Positions 1-10,234 of a stretch of DNA of 64,000 bases are shown here, piece by piece. Within the stretch, counting starts at the first letter, position 1. Each line of letters opens with the position of its first letter. Under the pieces are notes generated by a model that did no database searches, was not told the origin of the DNA, and was given only the letters and a program-made list of their open reading frames with translations. The DNA comes from Sedimentisphaerales bacterium (lineage in GTDB: Bacteria; Planctomycetota; Phycisphaerae; Sedimentisphaerales; SM23-30): positions 2,015-66,014 of the forward strand of contig JAFGKT010000025.1 in assembly GCA_016928435.1 (NCBI GenBank). Reading direction: 5' to 3'. A program made the position numbers and the translations under genes.

Positions 1-638
1 TCGCACCAGGGGCAACTGCGGTATTCGTCGTAGAATAGGGTTACGGGGCGGTTTTTGAGGAGACGGGATTTGATCCAGTCGATTGCTCCTTTGGTGCCGG
101 TGAATGAATCGCCGAGGGGCAGGCCTAGGCGGACGATGCAGACGTTTTCGAATTGCTGGAGGATTTGTTCGGCTTGGGTGAAGGTTTTGCCCGCGACGCT
201 TACGGGGTCGGGCGGATGGGTTTCGTCGTAGCCGGCGGGTGGCGGTTGGTTGCCGGAGAATACCAGGTCGGTGCTCATGTAGATGATGGGGCAAGTTGGA
301 GCGAAGACGTTGGTTATGGCTTGGGCGCCGTTGACGTTGATGTCGTAAGCCCATTGGGGGCGGTCTTCGCATACGTCGAGATCGCATACGCCTGCGCAGT
401 GAACGACGCAGGTGGGTTGGAATTTATCGCGGAGTTGTTGCAGTTGGGCTTGGTCGGTGACGCAGAGGGGGACGACGTTTGGGGCAGGTGGTGATTTGGT
501 GGCGGGCGGACAGATGCCTAGCAGTGATTCGCTGGGGTAGGCGGACTGGAGGGCTTTCCAGATAGGCCAACCGTGGATAGAGGTTATGCCGGTGGCTAGG
601 ATGCGTTGTGGGGTTGGTGAGGACAATATTAAAACCAT
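1..638 (-). CDS. RmlD-like NAD(P)-dependent sugar-nucleotide reductase (dTDP-4-dehydrorhamnose reductase family); 3' end lies outside the window
   Basis: Absent from the ORF track because there is no stop inside the window. My translation from ATG 638-636 gives MVLILSSPTPQRILATGITSIHGW..CVVHCAGVCDLDVCEDRPQWAYDINVNGAQ..IIYMSTDLVFSG..YDETHPPDPVSVAGKTF. It has a Rossmann-like N-terminus and an STDxVFxG motif typical of RmlD. Confidence 0.6.
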   Translation of the reverse strand, partial: MVLILSSPTPQRILATGITSIHGWPIWKALQSAYPSESLLGICPPATKSPPAPNVVPLCVTDQAQLQQLRDKFQPTCVVHCAGVCDLDVCEDRPQWAYDINVNGAQAITNVFAPTCPIIYMSTDLVFSGNQPPPAGYDETHPPDPVSVAGKTFTQAEQILQQFENVCIVRLGLPLGDSFTGTKGAIDWIKSRLLKNRPVTLFYDEYRSCPWC

Positions 639-945
639 TGATCAGGGGCCGCGTGGGTAACATTGAACAAGATGTTCAAAATTACCCACCCTAGGGGCTA
701 AGAGTCACATTACATTTTCGACAATTCTATTGGAATTGACCTTGAGAAACAATCATTTGCGTAATAGCAGCTGTGCAGGGGGAAGATTCTTCTTTGCAAA
801 TAAAATTGGTCCGATATAATTCACAGTATTAACAATAAAAAGCATTTAATTAGCCGTGCTATTATACCGAGGAGGTTGGCAAATATAGGGTTGAAACTGG
901 GCAGCCTAAAGGCCGCCGCTTAGCCCCACCGTTCGACACAAGAAA

Positions 946-1467
946 ATGGATACAAGAACCTGGTTGACAAGTAATCCGAAGCTCGTTGTGGAAGGTAAGC
1001 TGGACTCGATTTGCCTGCGCCTATTCGCTGTCTGGGCGTTGCTCTCCATGCCATTCATGATTGCATCAGCAATGGTATGGCGAATGCTCACGCCGTCACT
1101 GTCACTGGTTGCTGTGGTTTTGCTCGCAGTTCCCTGCATGCTCTATGTGTACTTCGTTGTCCAAGGTATTCGGGTATTCTTACCGGCACCCGACAAAAAA
1201 ACCGATTCCAACTTGTTTCTTATTCTACAGGTTGTGGTGTACGTGTCCTTCTTTTTGGCGCTCTGGCGGGACTCTAAAGATTACAAGTCTCTCGAGGATA
1301 ATTGGAGTATGCTTGGCTTCATTCTCGGGGCAATCATGGCTTTGCTGAACCTAGCGTTCATTACAATCGCAGCTTCTGCACGACAAAAGGTCGCCATCAT
1401 GACCTGGACAGGATTGATAGTCTCCCTGGTCTCCTGTGCCCAGTACATCAGAGGACAACTGTTGTAA
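946..1467 (+). CDS. Hypothetical integral membrane protein (4-5 predicted TM helices)
   Basis: 173-aa ORF with several long hydrophobic stretches (LFAVWALLSMPFMIASAMVW, LVAVVLLAVPCMLYVYFVV, FLILQVVVYVSFFLALW, LGFILGAIMALLNLAFITIAA). It lies in an AT-richer patch. I recognise no motif. Confidence 0.5.
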   Translation: MDTRTWLTSNPKLVVEGKLDSICLRLFAVWALLSMPFMIASAMVWRMLTPSLSLVAVVLLAVPCMLYVYFVVQGIRVFLPAPDKKTDSNLFLILQVVVYVSFFLALWRDSKDYKSLEDNWSMLGFILGAIMALLNLAFITIAASARQKVAIMTWTGLIVSLVSCAQYIRGQLL

Positions 1468-1519
1468 TAGGAACTATCGGACAATCGCTTGCACAAGTAT
1501 TTCTAAAACGGTGCGTTCG

Positions 1520-2248
1520 TCATCTTGGGATACCGCTATTGTTGCTGTCTACTGGGTCGCTCTCGATGATTTCCACGAGTTCGATTAGGCTGGGGCATTG
1601 ATGCTGGACAGTGGGGTCTGTTTGCCGGACCAGAACGGCGGGGATGCCAAGCTGTTGGGCGCCGCGAATGTCGGCGATGGGGTTGTCGCCTACCATCCAG
1701 ACAACGGAATTGTCGGGAATGGGCTGCAAGGCGATGCGAAAGGCATTTTCGTGCGGTTTTTCGAAGCCCATCACAGCAGAGGTGTGAATGTGGGTGAAGA
1801 AGTTTGAAATTCCGAGGGCGTTTACGATGTCGGGTAATTCGGGGACATGGTTTGAGAGGATAGAGTGCGACCAGCCGGTTTCCGAAAGAGCGGTGAGGGT
1901 TGAGATTGTGTCTTCGAACAATTGCCAATTTTCTGGATTACAGAACTGAGCGGGGACTTGGGCTGCGAGTTCGGCGGCGCGGGCAGCGCTGAGGCCAAAC
2001 ACAACAAGAGTTTGCTCAACAGCAGGAAGCAGGGCTTGCCACCACTGGGCAGCGTCGCGGATGTGCGTGTGAGGGACTTGCGGTTTATGCCAAGGGAAAC
2101 CTTTGCGAAGATGAGGACGCAGCTGGTCGCGAGTGACTGAGATATCGGGTTCGGCAGTGCGTAGAATCTCGATCAGCGTGCCGGTCCACATTCCATCGCG
2201 ATAGGCGAGGGTGCCATCGAAATCCCAAAGGATATGTTTGTGTTTCAT
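1520..2248 (-). CDS. HAD-superfamily hydrolase
   Basis: The N-terminus ILWDFDGTLA carries the HAD motif I (DxDGT). Also ILSNH and VWMVGDNPIADIRGA (motif IV GDxxxD). Confidence 0.8.
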   Translation of the reverse strand: MKHKHILWDFDGTLAYRDGMWTGTLIEILRTAEPDISVTRDQLRPHLRKGFPWHKPQVPHTHIRDAAQWWQALLPAVEQTLVVFGLSAARAAELAAQVPAQFCNPENWQLFEDTISTLTALSETGWSHSILSNHVPELPDIVNALGISNFFTHIHTSAVMGFEKPHENAFRIALQPIPDNSVVWMVGDNPIADIRGAQQLGIPAVLVRQTDPTVQHQCPSLIELVEIIESDPVDSNNSGIPR

Positions 2249-2321
2249 TTTTTCGCTGTCCAGGACGGTAGTGTCGTGGCTTCATATCCCGGATTGGGAT
2301 TTGCCGGTGTGTTTTTTTCTT

Positions 2322-3119
2322 TTAAGTTAGCCATTGTGGTTTGCAGGGTGGAATATCAGAGAAAATAAATCGCAAACCATCTGTTAAGGAATATGGGCGT
2401 ACTGTGTTATGCCCTTCATGTTCATAAAATCGGCTGGAAAAGTCGAGACCTGTGTATTGCCTTTGTTCAAGAGTCTCGACCAGGTCGCGCCATCCGGCAA
2501 TGGAGGGCGGATCGGTGTTGTCTTCAGAGAGGTAGAGTTTGGCTTTTAATTCGGTGTGATTATTGGAAAAAGCGGCTTCATGTTTGAAGATCCATCGATT
2601 ATCCCAGGTGGGAGAGGCGCTTGACGCGATATGCCGATAAAAAGGATTGTCATCTCTAAATAGAGAATAAAGCACAAAACAGCCGCCAATCGAATGGCCA
2701 AAGATGGATCGGTCATCGGGTTGAGTTCTATAATTGTCATCAATAAAGGGAATTAGTTCTTCGTTTAAGAATTTGAAAAAGCGTTCGCCTCCTCCGGTAG
2801 GTACACGATAATTTTCAACGAATGTGGGAGAGTAGTCGCGCACTCGGGGATTTGTGCCTTCCCAGATAAGCTTGCCGTACGCTATTCCAACCACTATTAG
2901 CTCAGGGATGCCTTCTTGACATTCCAAGGGCCTTACCAATCCTTGGGCGACAGGGAAGAGATGGTCTGCGTCTAGGAGGTACAGAACGGGATACCGTTTC
3001 GACGAGGAATGATATCGGATAGGCAGCGAGACATATATCTGGTATTCTTCGCCTACGTGTGAGGAAGCTATAGTTCGTAATTCTGTATTTGGAATGGAAA
3101 CACGTGGATAATTGGACAT
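2322..3119 (-). CDS. Putative esterase, alpha/beta hydrolase (enterochelin/siderophore-esterase-like family)
   Basis: YPVLYLLDADHLFP plus the nucleophile elbow FGHSIGG. Length and layout match esterase family proteins. Confidence 0.75.
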   Translation of the reverse strand: MSNYPRVSIPNTELRTIASSHVGEEYQIYVSLPIRYHSSSKRYPVLYLLDADHLFPVAQGLVRPLECQEGIPELIVVGIAYGKLIWEGTNPRVRDYSPTFVENYRVPTGGGERFFKFLNEELIPFIDDNYRTQPDDRSIFGHSIGGCFVLYSLFRDDNPFYRHIASSASPTWDNRWIFKHEAAFSNNHTELKAKLYLSEDNTDPPSIAGWRDLVETLEQRQYTGLDFSSRFYEHEGHNTVRPYSLTDGLRFIFSDIPPCKPQWLT

Positions 3120-3171
3120 ATTTTCTGTTTCCGGGCTAATAAGGTAATTTCCTGAGAACGGACTTTTGTAG

Positions 3172-3549
3172 TTAGGCTACGTTGTATCCGAGTTCCTTTA
3201 GTTTGTAAGTGACCTCATGACAGGAGGCTGTTCTTGTGGAGGAAAGTAAGTGGGTCGGAATGCCGGTTATGTCATGATGGATTTTGATGCAGCCGTGGAT
3301 GAGTCCGGAGAGGAACCAGATGGACCATTTGCCGGGCTCGATCATTTTGACATGCTGGGCGGGCAGTTCAAACTTTTTGCCAAGCGGGCCCTCTAGGATA
3401 AGGCTGTCTGCTGAGGCTGTGAATCGGGTTGAGTTGTGTTTGGTTGACAGGATGCCAAAGAGCATGTCTCCCTGCCATGTTGCGTGAGGTTGGGGTGTTG
3501 GGGTGTGATTCATCTTCTTACAGTCCCTCTGTGGTTCGATGGTGGGCAT
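3172..3549 (-). CDS. Hypothetical protein
   Basis: 125-aa ORF whose codon third positions follow the local strand bias. An alternative start is MNHT at 3513. I recognise no motif. Confidence 0.4.
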   Translation of the reverse strand: MPTIEPQRDCKKMNHTPTPQPHATWQGDMLFGILSTKHNSTRFTASADSLILEGPLGKKFELPAQHVKMIEPGKWSIWFLSGLIHGCIKIHHDITGIPTHLLSSTRTASCHEVTYKLKELGYNVA

Positions 3550-3644
3550 GGGGTACCCTACCTGCCGTGCCTGAACACGACCCTCCGTGGCTTAAATATT
3601 CCCGTTAGCAAAAACGGCCTGAGCAGGTCAGGGGGCTAATCTAA

Positions 3645-3666
3645 AATATCCCCGATGAGGATTCGC
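3645..3666 (-). repeat. Degenerate copy of the tRNA-Arg 3' end (T-arm/acceptor fragment)
   Basis: aatatccccgatgaggattcg versus aatatccccgacaggattcg at 3757-3776 (one mismatch and one 1-nt indel). The T stem is broken, so it is not a functional tRNA. A T-arm-like hairpin (acaggttcgaaacctgg, 3732-3748) lies between the fragment and the tRNA. Confidence 0.5.
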
Positions 3667-3758
3667 TAGCGCGGCTCTTCGCTGCGCTACGTGTCAAACG
3701 CTGTAACTGGCGTCTGCTGCGCAGAACGCTTACAGGTTCGAAACCTGGCGTGTGTTAA

Positions 3759-3832
<74 letters not shown>

Positions 3833-3922
3833 TTTTGGGGTTTTTATTATATGGGGGAGTTGGGGTTGGACGCAAATAGTTTTTTTGTAGGAGCAGTGGG
3901 ATGGATTCTAAGAGGATTAACA

Positions 3923-3946
3923 GGCAGACGGCGGGCATGGCCCACC
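3923..3946 (-). repeat. R4 hairpin repeat (GGTGGGC-CAT-GCCCGCC), minus orientation
   Basis: The reverse complement ggtgggccatgcccgccgtctgcc matches gggcgggccatgcccgccatctgcc at 55985-56009. Confidence 0.55.
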
Positions 3947-3968
3947 GGTATATGGCGCAAGAGAGAAC

Positions 3969-6518
3969 TTAAGGTCGCTCGGGCAGGATCATTATGGTGC
4001 CCCATTGGGCGAGATTGGAATAGATATCGAATTGACGTGAATGCCACGCTGCCTGGTTTTGGCGGACGGCGATGTCGGCATCATCGATGGCGAAGTCGAA
4101 ACCGAAAGTTGTGCCGGGTGCTGGGTCAAATGGTCTGAGGGTAGGCCAAGGGATAGCGATTTCGACGACGTAGCTGTTGGTGGTAGTGGCGGCGATAGCG
4201 ACGTGTAGGTCGCGCAGGGGGCCGAACTCACTGACGTATTGGGATGAGGGGTTCGCGCCGGGACGATAGACATGGGCCCAGGTTTGGCCGTCGGCGCGGG
4301 CGGTGGCGGAGATTGGAATTACAATTCGGTAATCGCCGTTGGCGGGCGGCACGACATTGCCGGGCAGGTTTTGACGGTTAGCCATGGATAGGAAGATTTC
4401 CAAGCATTCAGCGTTCCACGCCTCGGCGATGGGCAGATGGTTGTCGAGAATGTGATCGTCGGTGACCTCGGCTAAGATATAGAGATTATAAACATCGTAC
4501 GCCAAACGCACTCGGGCGGAAAGATCGTCGGGGCCTTGCCAGGTTTGGGATTGGGAGATATCGAACTGCTCGGGGCGGCCGATGCGCAATACGCCGGTAT
4601 CGGGCCAATCGGCAATTTGACCATCAACGGTGATCTCGGCCGGCAAGGCAAAGGGCATATCGATAGTGGTGGATATTTGGGCGGTGCTGCTGGGAGTGGC
4701 AACGATGGCGGAGAAGATAAGCGACTGGGCTGGGACGTTGGGCGCTAGTTGGAAAGGCAGATCGAAAGTGACGGTTTGGCCGGGCGCCAATGATGCTTGA
4801 ACGGAATCGTTGATCCAAGTAATGCCGGCCGTGGCGGCGGGACGAAGAACTACAGTGCCGGCGTCCATATGCGGCTGCGCAATGACGCGAACGGGCAGCA
4901 CCAAGGTTTGTCTTGAAACATCGAACCGGGCGGGCAGGACTTCGGTGGTTAGCCCGATATCGTCAAGAAATTCAAAGGCAAGTTCGCGCGGCTGTAGAGA
5001 TTGGTCGTTGATGGCGCCGTAGATTTTGATGGCTTGGTAATCAGCTTGGGCAAGTGGGCGGTTGGCGACGAGTTCGAAGGTAGCCCAGGAGGCTTGATAG
5101 GACGCCAGGTTGGCCGCGGCGATATCGGGTTGGACGCTGAAACCTTCCGGGGCGGCTATCCAAAGCGAGCCGATAGCGGCTTGATCGGTATTGTTGTGGA
5201 TTCGAGCCCGAACGCTGAAGCGTTGATAGGGTTGGTCGCAAACAACGGCGATGGGCGCGGCGGGCGCTTCGATAAAGCCTGGCACGGCGGCGGAAGCATC
5301 GATACGGGGCAGTGAACGGGTAGGCAAAGTGTTGATCGCGGCGGGGTTGGCGATGGGTAAATAAGTTATGGTGCGAGTGAGCTGCACTTGGGGGTGATTT
5401 TGGGATTGGCCGGTAAGCGGGATGGTCCAAGAAGCGGGTTCGGCTTCGCTCCAGGCGGCGATGACCCCGGCGGAACGATCGGGCAGGGCAAAAAGCACCG
5501 CGACGAGTGGGTATTCGGTTTCGATCCGTCCGAGGCAGATCATCGGGCCTATGTTCTGCATCATCTCCTGTAGGGCGAAAAATGCGGGCCGGGGAGTGAA
5601 GTTTTCGTCACGATTGACGATGGCGTAATCGGGATCGTTGTCGAATGCGAAGAGGTAGTCGCGGTCGATGCCGAGGGCCATGGAAAGGATGGCGTGCTTG
5701 GCGAGTTCTTGGCCTCGGTCTTGGTCGTTTGCGGGTTCATAGGCAAGACCGAACTCGGTGAACCACACTTGGCGGCGGGGCGAAAGCGAATCCGCCAGGC
5801 GAACCATTTCAGCGCAGGCGGCTGGGAACTCGGGAGTCCAAAGGCGAGGCGGGATACCATAAGGATGAGCGACGAGGGCATCGGTGCAGTCGGCGGCGGG
5901 GGCGGATTGCGTAATGCTACGCATAAAACCGAAGTCCACGCCATCGGTGCCGGCCATGGCGCAAAGGGCCCTGGGATTGGCGCTCTTGACGGCCCGATAG
6001 CAGGCGTGGAGCATCTCGGCGTATTGGGCATAAGAGCCAGCCCAACTAAGATTGGGATGGTTGGTTTCGGTCCAGACCTCGAACTGACGGAAGATTTGAG
6101 GGTGCCGAGCGGCCAATTGTCGGGCCCACTGGGTAAAATGCAGCAAGTCCGGCGGGTAGCTGGTTTTTTGCCAACCGCTCACTGAGGCCGGTGCGGTGGT
6201 GGCCCAAGATTGGTTGTGGCCGTAACCGAGTACGATTAGCGGTTCGAGTTGGTACCGGCGGCAAAGCTGAGCCCAATTGTCATAGGTAGTGAAATCGATT
6301 TGGTCCGGGGCGGCAGCGGATTCGCAGAAGTTGCCGACAATGCGAAAATGACGGAATCCCAACTCCGCGAAACGTTGCCAAAGCCTTTGGGAACTATCCG
6401 AAGGGCCGGCGATACCGATTCGGTCGCGGACGGTGAGCTGTTGCTGGGCGGCGGCGTGAGAGAATATAAGGGCAGAAATTACTATTAAGGCGGCAAGAAC
6501 CGGTCGAAAACGGATCAT
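3969..6518 (-). CDS. Secreted clan GH-A-like glycoside hydrolase with a C-terminal CBM9-like carbohydrate-binding module
   Basis: The start is moved to MIRFRPVLAALIVISALIFSHAAAQQ (signal peptide, AAGGAG SD upstream). FEVWTETNHPN and WFTEFG look like the acid/base and nucleophile strands of a TIM-barrel glycosidase. The C-terminal DGQIADWPD..LRLAYDVYNLYILAEVTDD..ECLEIFL..FGFDFAIDD resembles CBM9. Confidence 0.7.
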   Translation of the reverse strand: MIRFRPVLAALIVISALIFSHAAAQQQLTVRDRIGIAGPSDSSQRLWQRFAELGFRHFRIVGNFCESAAAPDQIDFTTYDNWAQLCRRYQLEPLIVLGYGHNQSWATTAPASVSGWQKTSYPPDLLHFTQWARQLAARHPQIFRQFEVWTETNHPNLSWAGSYAQYAEMLHACYRAVKSANPRALCAMAGTDGVDFGFMRSITQSAPAADCTDALVAHPYGIPPRLWTPEFPAACAEMVRLADSLSPRRQVWFTEFGLAYEPANDQDRGQELAKHAILSMALGIDRDYLFAFDNDPDYAIVNRDENFTPRPAFFALQEMMQNIGPMICLGRIETEYPLVAVLFALPDRSAGVIAAWSEAEPASWTIPLTGQSQNHPQVQLTRTITYLPIANPAAINTLPTRSLPRIDASAAVPGFIEAPAAPIAVVCDQPYQRFSVRARIHNNTDQAAIGSLWIAAPEGFSVQPDIAAANLASYQASWATFELVANRPLAQADYQAIKIYGAINDQSLQPRELAFEFLDDIGLTTEVLPARFDVSRQTLVLPVRVIAQPHMDAGTVVLRPAATAGITWINDSVQASLAPGQTVTFDLPFQLAPNVPAQSLIFSAIVATPSSTAQISTTIDMPFALPAEITVDGQIADWPDTGVLRIGRPEQFDISQSQTWQGPDDLSARVRLAYDVYNLYILAEVTDDHILDNHLPIAEAWNAECLEIFLSMANRQNLPGNVVPPANGDYRIVIPISATARADGQTWAHVYRPGANPSSQYVSEFGPLRDLHVAIAATTTNSYVVEIAIPWPTLRPFDPAPGTTFGFDFAIDDADIAVRQNQAAWHSRQFDIYSNLAQWGTIMILPERP

Positions 6519-6890
6519 GGGGACTCCTTGGGACGTTTTATAATAGGATATATATAGTATAAATGGCCCAGCGGGTAAGCGAGTTACCCGTCCGGAGACG
6601 CAGGCTAAGGCCCACGGCATTTGGCAGGATAGAACCTGGGGCTAGGCGTGGTATGCAAGGCATACCCCCGATGACACCGAGTATAGCAGAACGGCGCCGG
6701 AAGACAATTGTTTATGTAAGTAGATTGGTCGGAGTTTGTTGGTCCCGGCCAATGCAACCATTGTTTCAGAAGGTTATATGGCTTGCAAGTGACGGTGGGC
6801 GGGTTTATTATGGGGCAGCGCAGCGGGCGCGGCGATCGGCGTGAAAGTATTTGTATTACAGGCTTTAAGAGAAACCAAGTTGGCGTTTTG

Positions 6891-7847
6891 ATGGATATTG
6901 CCAAGCTGAAAAGACATTTGGGGCCGAGGCTGCAAGGCTGGTTGATATCGGTTTTGCTGCATATTGTCGCGGCAGCTTTGTTGGTTTGGTTATCGCTGGG
7001 TGATAGCGGACCGAAGCAGGCTGAGTACGAAACCGCGCAGGCTTCGGTGATGCGGGAGGAGCCGCCCGAACCGATAGAACCGCTGGTGGAGGATTTGCAG
7101 GTAGATAGGTGGCAGGGAGCAGCGGAGCTTAGTGAGCCGATGGTACTGCCTAGTGAGTTGGACATGGGTTCTGTTGGGGACGGCAGCGGTGACGTTATCG
7201 CGGTGGCAGGATTGATCGGGCCAGGGACCGGGGGCCAAGGGAGAGCCGCCGTCGATGGTCGGACGCGGTTTTGCGGAACGTCGGGATCGGGTAAGCGAAT
7301 TTGCTTTGTGGTGGATCATTCGTTGAGTATGGTGATGGCTCATGACTATGTGCGGGATCAGTTGCAGTTGGCGATCGAGCGTTTGACGCCGGGCCATTAT
7401 TACAATGTGATTTATTATGCCGAGGGTGAGCCGGTGCAATTGGCACCAGGTGAACTGATTCGCGCCAACGGCCCCAACCGACAACGTGGCATGGAATTCG
7501 TGGCGAACATGGAATTGGCGCAGACGGTTGCGAGCGGCCAGGGGTGGCAGGCGGTGGTGAATGCGCTGGAAGCGGCTTTTGCGGGGCGGAATGTGCGCGG
7601 CCAAGGAGTGGATTTGATCTATTTGCTTACCGACGGCGAATACGACCGTGAGCAGGTTTTGTCGCGTTTGCGGCAGATGCAGGCGGGGCAATCGAGGCCG
7701 GTGACTATAAGCGTTGTGGCTTGCGGCAGTCGTGACAGTGAAGCCTTTTTGCGAGAATTGGCGACGAGCTATAACGGAGAATATCGTTTTTTGACGGATG
7801 AAGAAACGACCAGCATGGGATTTTCGGAGCTGGATAGACGTTGGTGA
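6891..7847 (+). CDS. Membrane-anchored von Willebrand factor A (VWA) domain protein with a TonB-like SxxxH signal anchor
   Basis: TM helix LQGWLISVLLHIVAAALLVWL, then an E/P-rich linker REEPPEPIEPLVEDL. MIDAS DxSxS in FVVDHSLSM, and LIYLLTDGEYD. The start is taken at MDIAKL (ATG 6891). Confidence 0.7.
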   Translation: MDIAKLKRHLGPRLQGWLISVLLHIVAAALLVWLSLGDSGPKQAEYETAQASVMREEPPEPIEPLVEDLQVDRWQGAAELSEPMVLPSELDMGSVGDGSGDVIAVAGLIGPGTGGQGRAAVDGRTRFCGTSGSGKRICFVVDHSLSMVMAHDYVRDQLQLAIERLTPGHYYNVIYYAEGEPVQLAPGELIRANGPNRQRGMEFVANMELAQTVASGQGWQAVVNALEAAFAGRNVRGQGVDLIYLLTDGEYDREQVLSRLRQMQAGQSRPVTISVVACGSRDSEAFLRELATSYNGEYRFLTDEETTSMGFSELDRRW

Positions 7848-7875
7848 GATGGGCGGGCATAGGAAAGACTTGATA

Positions 7876-8637
7876 ATGAAGCAAAGCAAGCAAACTTGGT
7901 TATGGTTGGTAGTCTGCGTGATGTTGTGCTGGGCGGCAATGAGCGTCTGTTGCGGGCAAGCGGTGGGCAATGCCGGCGGGGACGGGGCGGCGGAAAGCAG
8001 CGACTTTCACAAGTTTTTTGTCGCGGGGGGATTGTTGGTATGGGTGATACTGCTGCCTTTGTCGTTGGTGACGATCAGCTTGGTGGTGCAGTTGTTTTTG
8101 ACGATACGGCGGGAGAAACTGCTGCCGGGCGGCTTGGCTCAACGTACGGTGGAGTTGATAAAAGAGAAGAATTTTGCCGCGGCTGAGCAGAAACTCTCGA
8201 ACAATCCCAGTCTGTTGGCTCAGGTTTTGATCGGCGGCCTGGCGCATCGTGACAAAGGAACGCGTCACGCTGAGACGGTAATGGCGGATGTGTTGGAACA
8301 GAACTGCATGGGGTTGATGCGTAAAGTGGAATGGCTGCACATAATCGGTAATGTGGCGCCGATGATCGGACTGTTCGGCACGGTGTGGGGGATGATCGAC
8401 GCTTTTGATGGGATTGTGCGGGCGGGCGGTCAGCCGGAGCCGGCCGAATTGGCAGGCGGCATATCGGTGGCGTTGGTAACGACATGGTGGGGGTTGATCG
8501 TGGCAATACCGTCGTTGGCGGCCTTTGGGGCGCTGCGTAATCGGATTGACGCGGCCGCGGCGGAAGTGGCTTTGGCGGCGGAGAGCCTGACGGAACAGTT
8601 GGAGGATTCAGCCAAAACCGCAAAGGCGCCGGAGTAA
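7876..8637 (+). CDS. MotA/TolQ/ExbB proton-channel family protein
   Basis: Three TM segments. VAPMIGLFGTVWGMIDAF and GISVALVTTWWGLIVAIPSL are typical of ExbB/TolQ. The start is taken at MKQSKQ (ATG 7876). Confidence 0.85.
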   Translation: MKQSKQTWLWLVVCVMLCWAAMSVCCGQAVGNAGGDGAAESSDFHKFFVAGGLLVWVILLPLSLVTISLVVQLFLTIRREKLLPGGLAQRTVELIKEKNFAAAEQKLSNNPSLLAQVLIGGLAHRDKGTRHAETVMADVLEQNCMGLMRKVEWLHIIGNVAPMIGLFGTVWGMIDAFDGIVRAGGQPEPAELAGGISVALVTTWWGLIVAIPSLAAFGALRNRIDAAAAEVALAAESLTEQLEDSAKTAKAPE

Positions 8638-8929
8638 GTCATAGGGCGGTCTAGTGAGCAACCAAAGGGTCAGAGATTTTTTTTGACAGGATTGACAAGA
8701 TTTTCAGGATATTAGATTTGCCGGAGGCGTGATATTTAATCGAATGTAAACGCTCGACACGGGGACAAAGAAGCGGCAATGACAACTTCATTTCGGGAGA
8801 AGATAGACGCGGCGAGACGCCAAGTTGGTTAGTTTGATATTTGGTCAGGAAGTTTTTGATTAACAGGATGTTGTCCGGCGTGATAGATGAAAAACGCACA
8901 TAGAAAACCAGAAGTTTTGGGATAGTATT

Positions 8930-9475
8930 ATGAAGTTGACGTTCGGACCTAAAAACCGGGACCAGATGCAGTTTAACATGACGGCGATGATCGACGTGGT
9001 GTTTCTGCTGATCATTTTCTTTATGCTGATATGTCAGTTTATTGTGCGGGAGAACTATGAATTGGTTTTGCCCGATGACTGCGTCAGCGCGACGGTGCCG
9101 GACAGGTTGGATCGTAACGCGGTGACGGTTTCGGTGGTGCCGCGAGAGGTTGGGGCGGATCAAGGCACGGCAACCACCGCGCAATGGAACGGCAATAACG
9201 TGATCTACGCAGTACGTGCGGCGGAGTTTGACCCGTTGGCGCCGCGGTATCGACAAAACCCGCAAGCGTTGCTGCGAGATATGACCGAAGCGATACAACA
9301 AGACACCGCCCGGCGGGAAACGGCCCTGGTGCATCTACGGGCCGACAGCAATATGACTTACGGACAGGTGCAGCAAGTGCTGGTGGCGCTTTCGCAGGCG
9401 CAGGTAAGGCAAGTGCAACTAGCGGCGTTTCGCGGCGAGCAAAACAACAACCACGCAACAGGAAACCAGCAATGA
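8930..9475 (+). CDS. ExbD/TolR biopolymer transport protein
   Basis: The N-terminal NMTAMIDVVFLLIIFFML anchor is typical of ExbD, followed by a periplasmic domain. Confidence 0.8.
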   Translation: MKLTFGPKNRDQMQFNMTAMIDVVFLLIIFFMLICQFIVRENYELVLPDDCVSATVPDRLDRNAVTVSVVPREVGADQGTATTAQWNGNNVIYAVRAAEFDPLAPRYRQNPQALLRDMTEAIQQDTARRETALVHLRADSNMTYGQVQQVLVALSQAQVRQVQLAAFRGEQNNNHATGNQQ

Positions 9476-9957
9476 GTATCGGCACGGCATTGCGACAATT
9501 ACACGGCAAACGCGGTTCACACAAGGGGCGGTCTTTGCAGTTGCAGATGGTTTCGATGATCGATGTGGTTTTTTTGCTGTTGGTGTTTTTTCTGCTGACG
9601 GCGAATTTTCGCAGCCGTGAGGGTTTTTTGCCCGCTGAGCTGCCTCGGCGAGTGACCCGGGCTGAGTTGGCGGAGATCGAACCGTTGGAGTTGGTGATCG
9701 CGACGTTGGGCAACGGCCAATGCCAAGTGAGTGTGGCGGGCGAAGGCGGGTTTGTGTTCCGTTCGAGCAGCGACGGCGGCGGCTTCGATCAATTGCGCGA
9801 ACAACTGAGTCAAACTCTACAAGCCCAAAGACGCTACACGGAAGACCCGATCAAGCTGATGCCTTTAACGCAAACCCGCTGGGACCATGTGGTGAAGACT
9901 TATGATGTTATTCGGCAATTGGATTTGCAGAATGTGATTTTCGCGGTGGCCAACTGA
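9472..9957 (+). CDS. ExbD/TolR biopolymer transport protein (second paralog)
   Basis: LQMVSMIDVVFLLLVFFLLTANF anchor. An ATGA start/stop overlap with the upstream exbD-like gene suggests translational coupling. Confidence 0.8.
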   Translation: MSIGTALRQLHGKRGSHKGRSLQLQMVSMIDVVFLLLVFFLLTANFRSREGFLPAELPRRVTRAELAEIEPLELVIATLGNGQCQVSVAGEGGFVFRSSSDGGGFDQLREQLSQTLQAQRRYTEDPIKLMPLTQTRWDHVVKTYDVIRQLDLQNVIFAVAN

Positions 9958-9993
9958 GGTGCGCTTTTATCGTGTTTGTAAAAGTTCACAGTA

Positions 9994-10106
9994 AAGAGAA
10001 CCACTAATTAACACTAATATTCGCTAATTATAGCTGCCATGGGCGAGCATCAAGCACAGGGGGTTAGTCGGTGAGCGTAATGAAGAAAAATGGGCAGGGA
10101 AATATC
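9994..10106 (+). repeat. R8 intergenic repeat, copy L (homologous to 62821-62935 on the opposite strand)
   Basis: aagagaaccactaattaacactaatattcgctaat..agctgccatgggcgagcatcaagcacaggggg..aatgaag.. aligns with the reverse complement of 62821-62935 (aagagaaccactaatggacacgaattttcgctaat..agctgccaggggcaggtatcaagcgcaatggg..aatgaag..). Confidence 0.6.
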
Positions 10107-10234
10107 TTAACCGCGAAAGAGAAACACGCATGAATACGAATAGACACGAATAAAGACGTTGGTCATGGGCGGCTATTGGGGCTTATTGGTGGTTGCGAGA
10201 GCGTGAACGGTTACGCGTTTTTTGAGGTAGATTA

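Noticed and set aside
153-494. 113-aa plus-strand ORF at the left edge of the window.
   Set aside because: It is antisense to the RmlD-like gene, which has clear motifs in the minus-strand frame.
3668-3748. Possible second tRNA downstream of tRNA-Arg (D-arm-like GTAGCGCAGCGAAGAGC on the minus strand, and a T-loop-like GGTTCGAAACC).
   Set aside because: No acceptor stem or anticodon arm can be formed. I interpret it as decayed tRNA-derived sequence only.
8651-9334. 227-aa minus-strand ORF spanning the exbB-exbD spacer and the first exbD gene.
   Set aside because: It is antisense to a clear ExbD gene, the protein looks like nonsense, and its codon third positions go against the local bias for a minus-strand gene.
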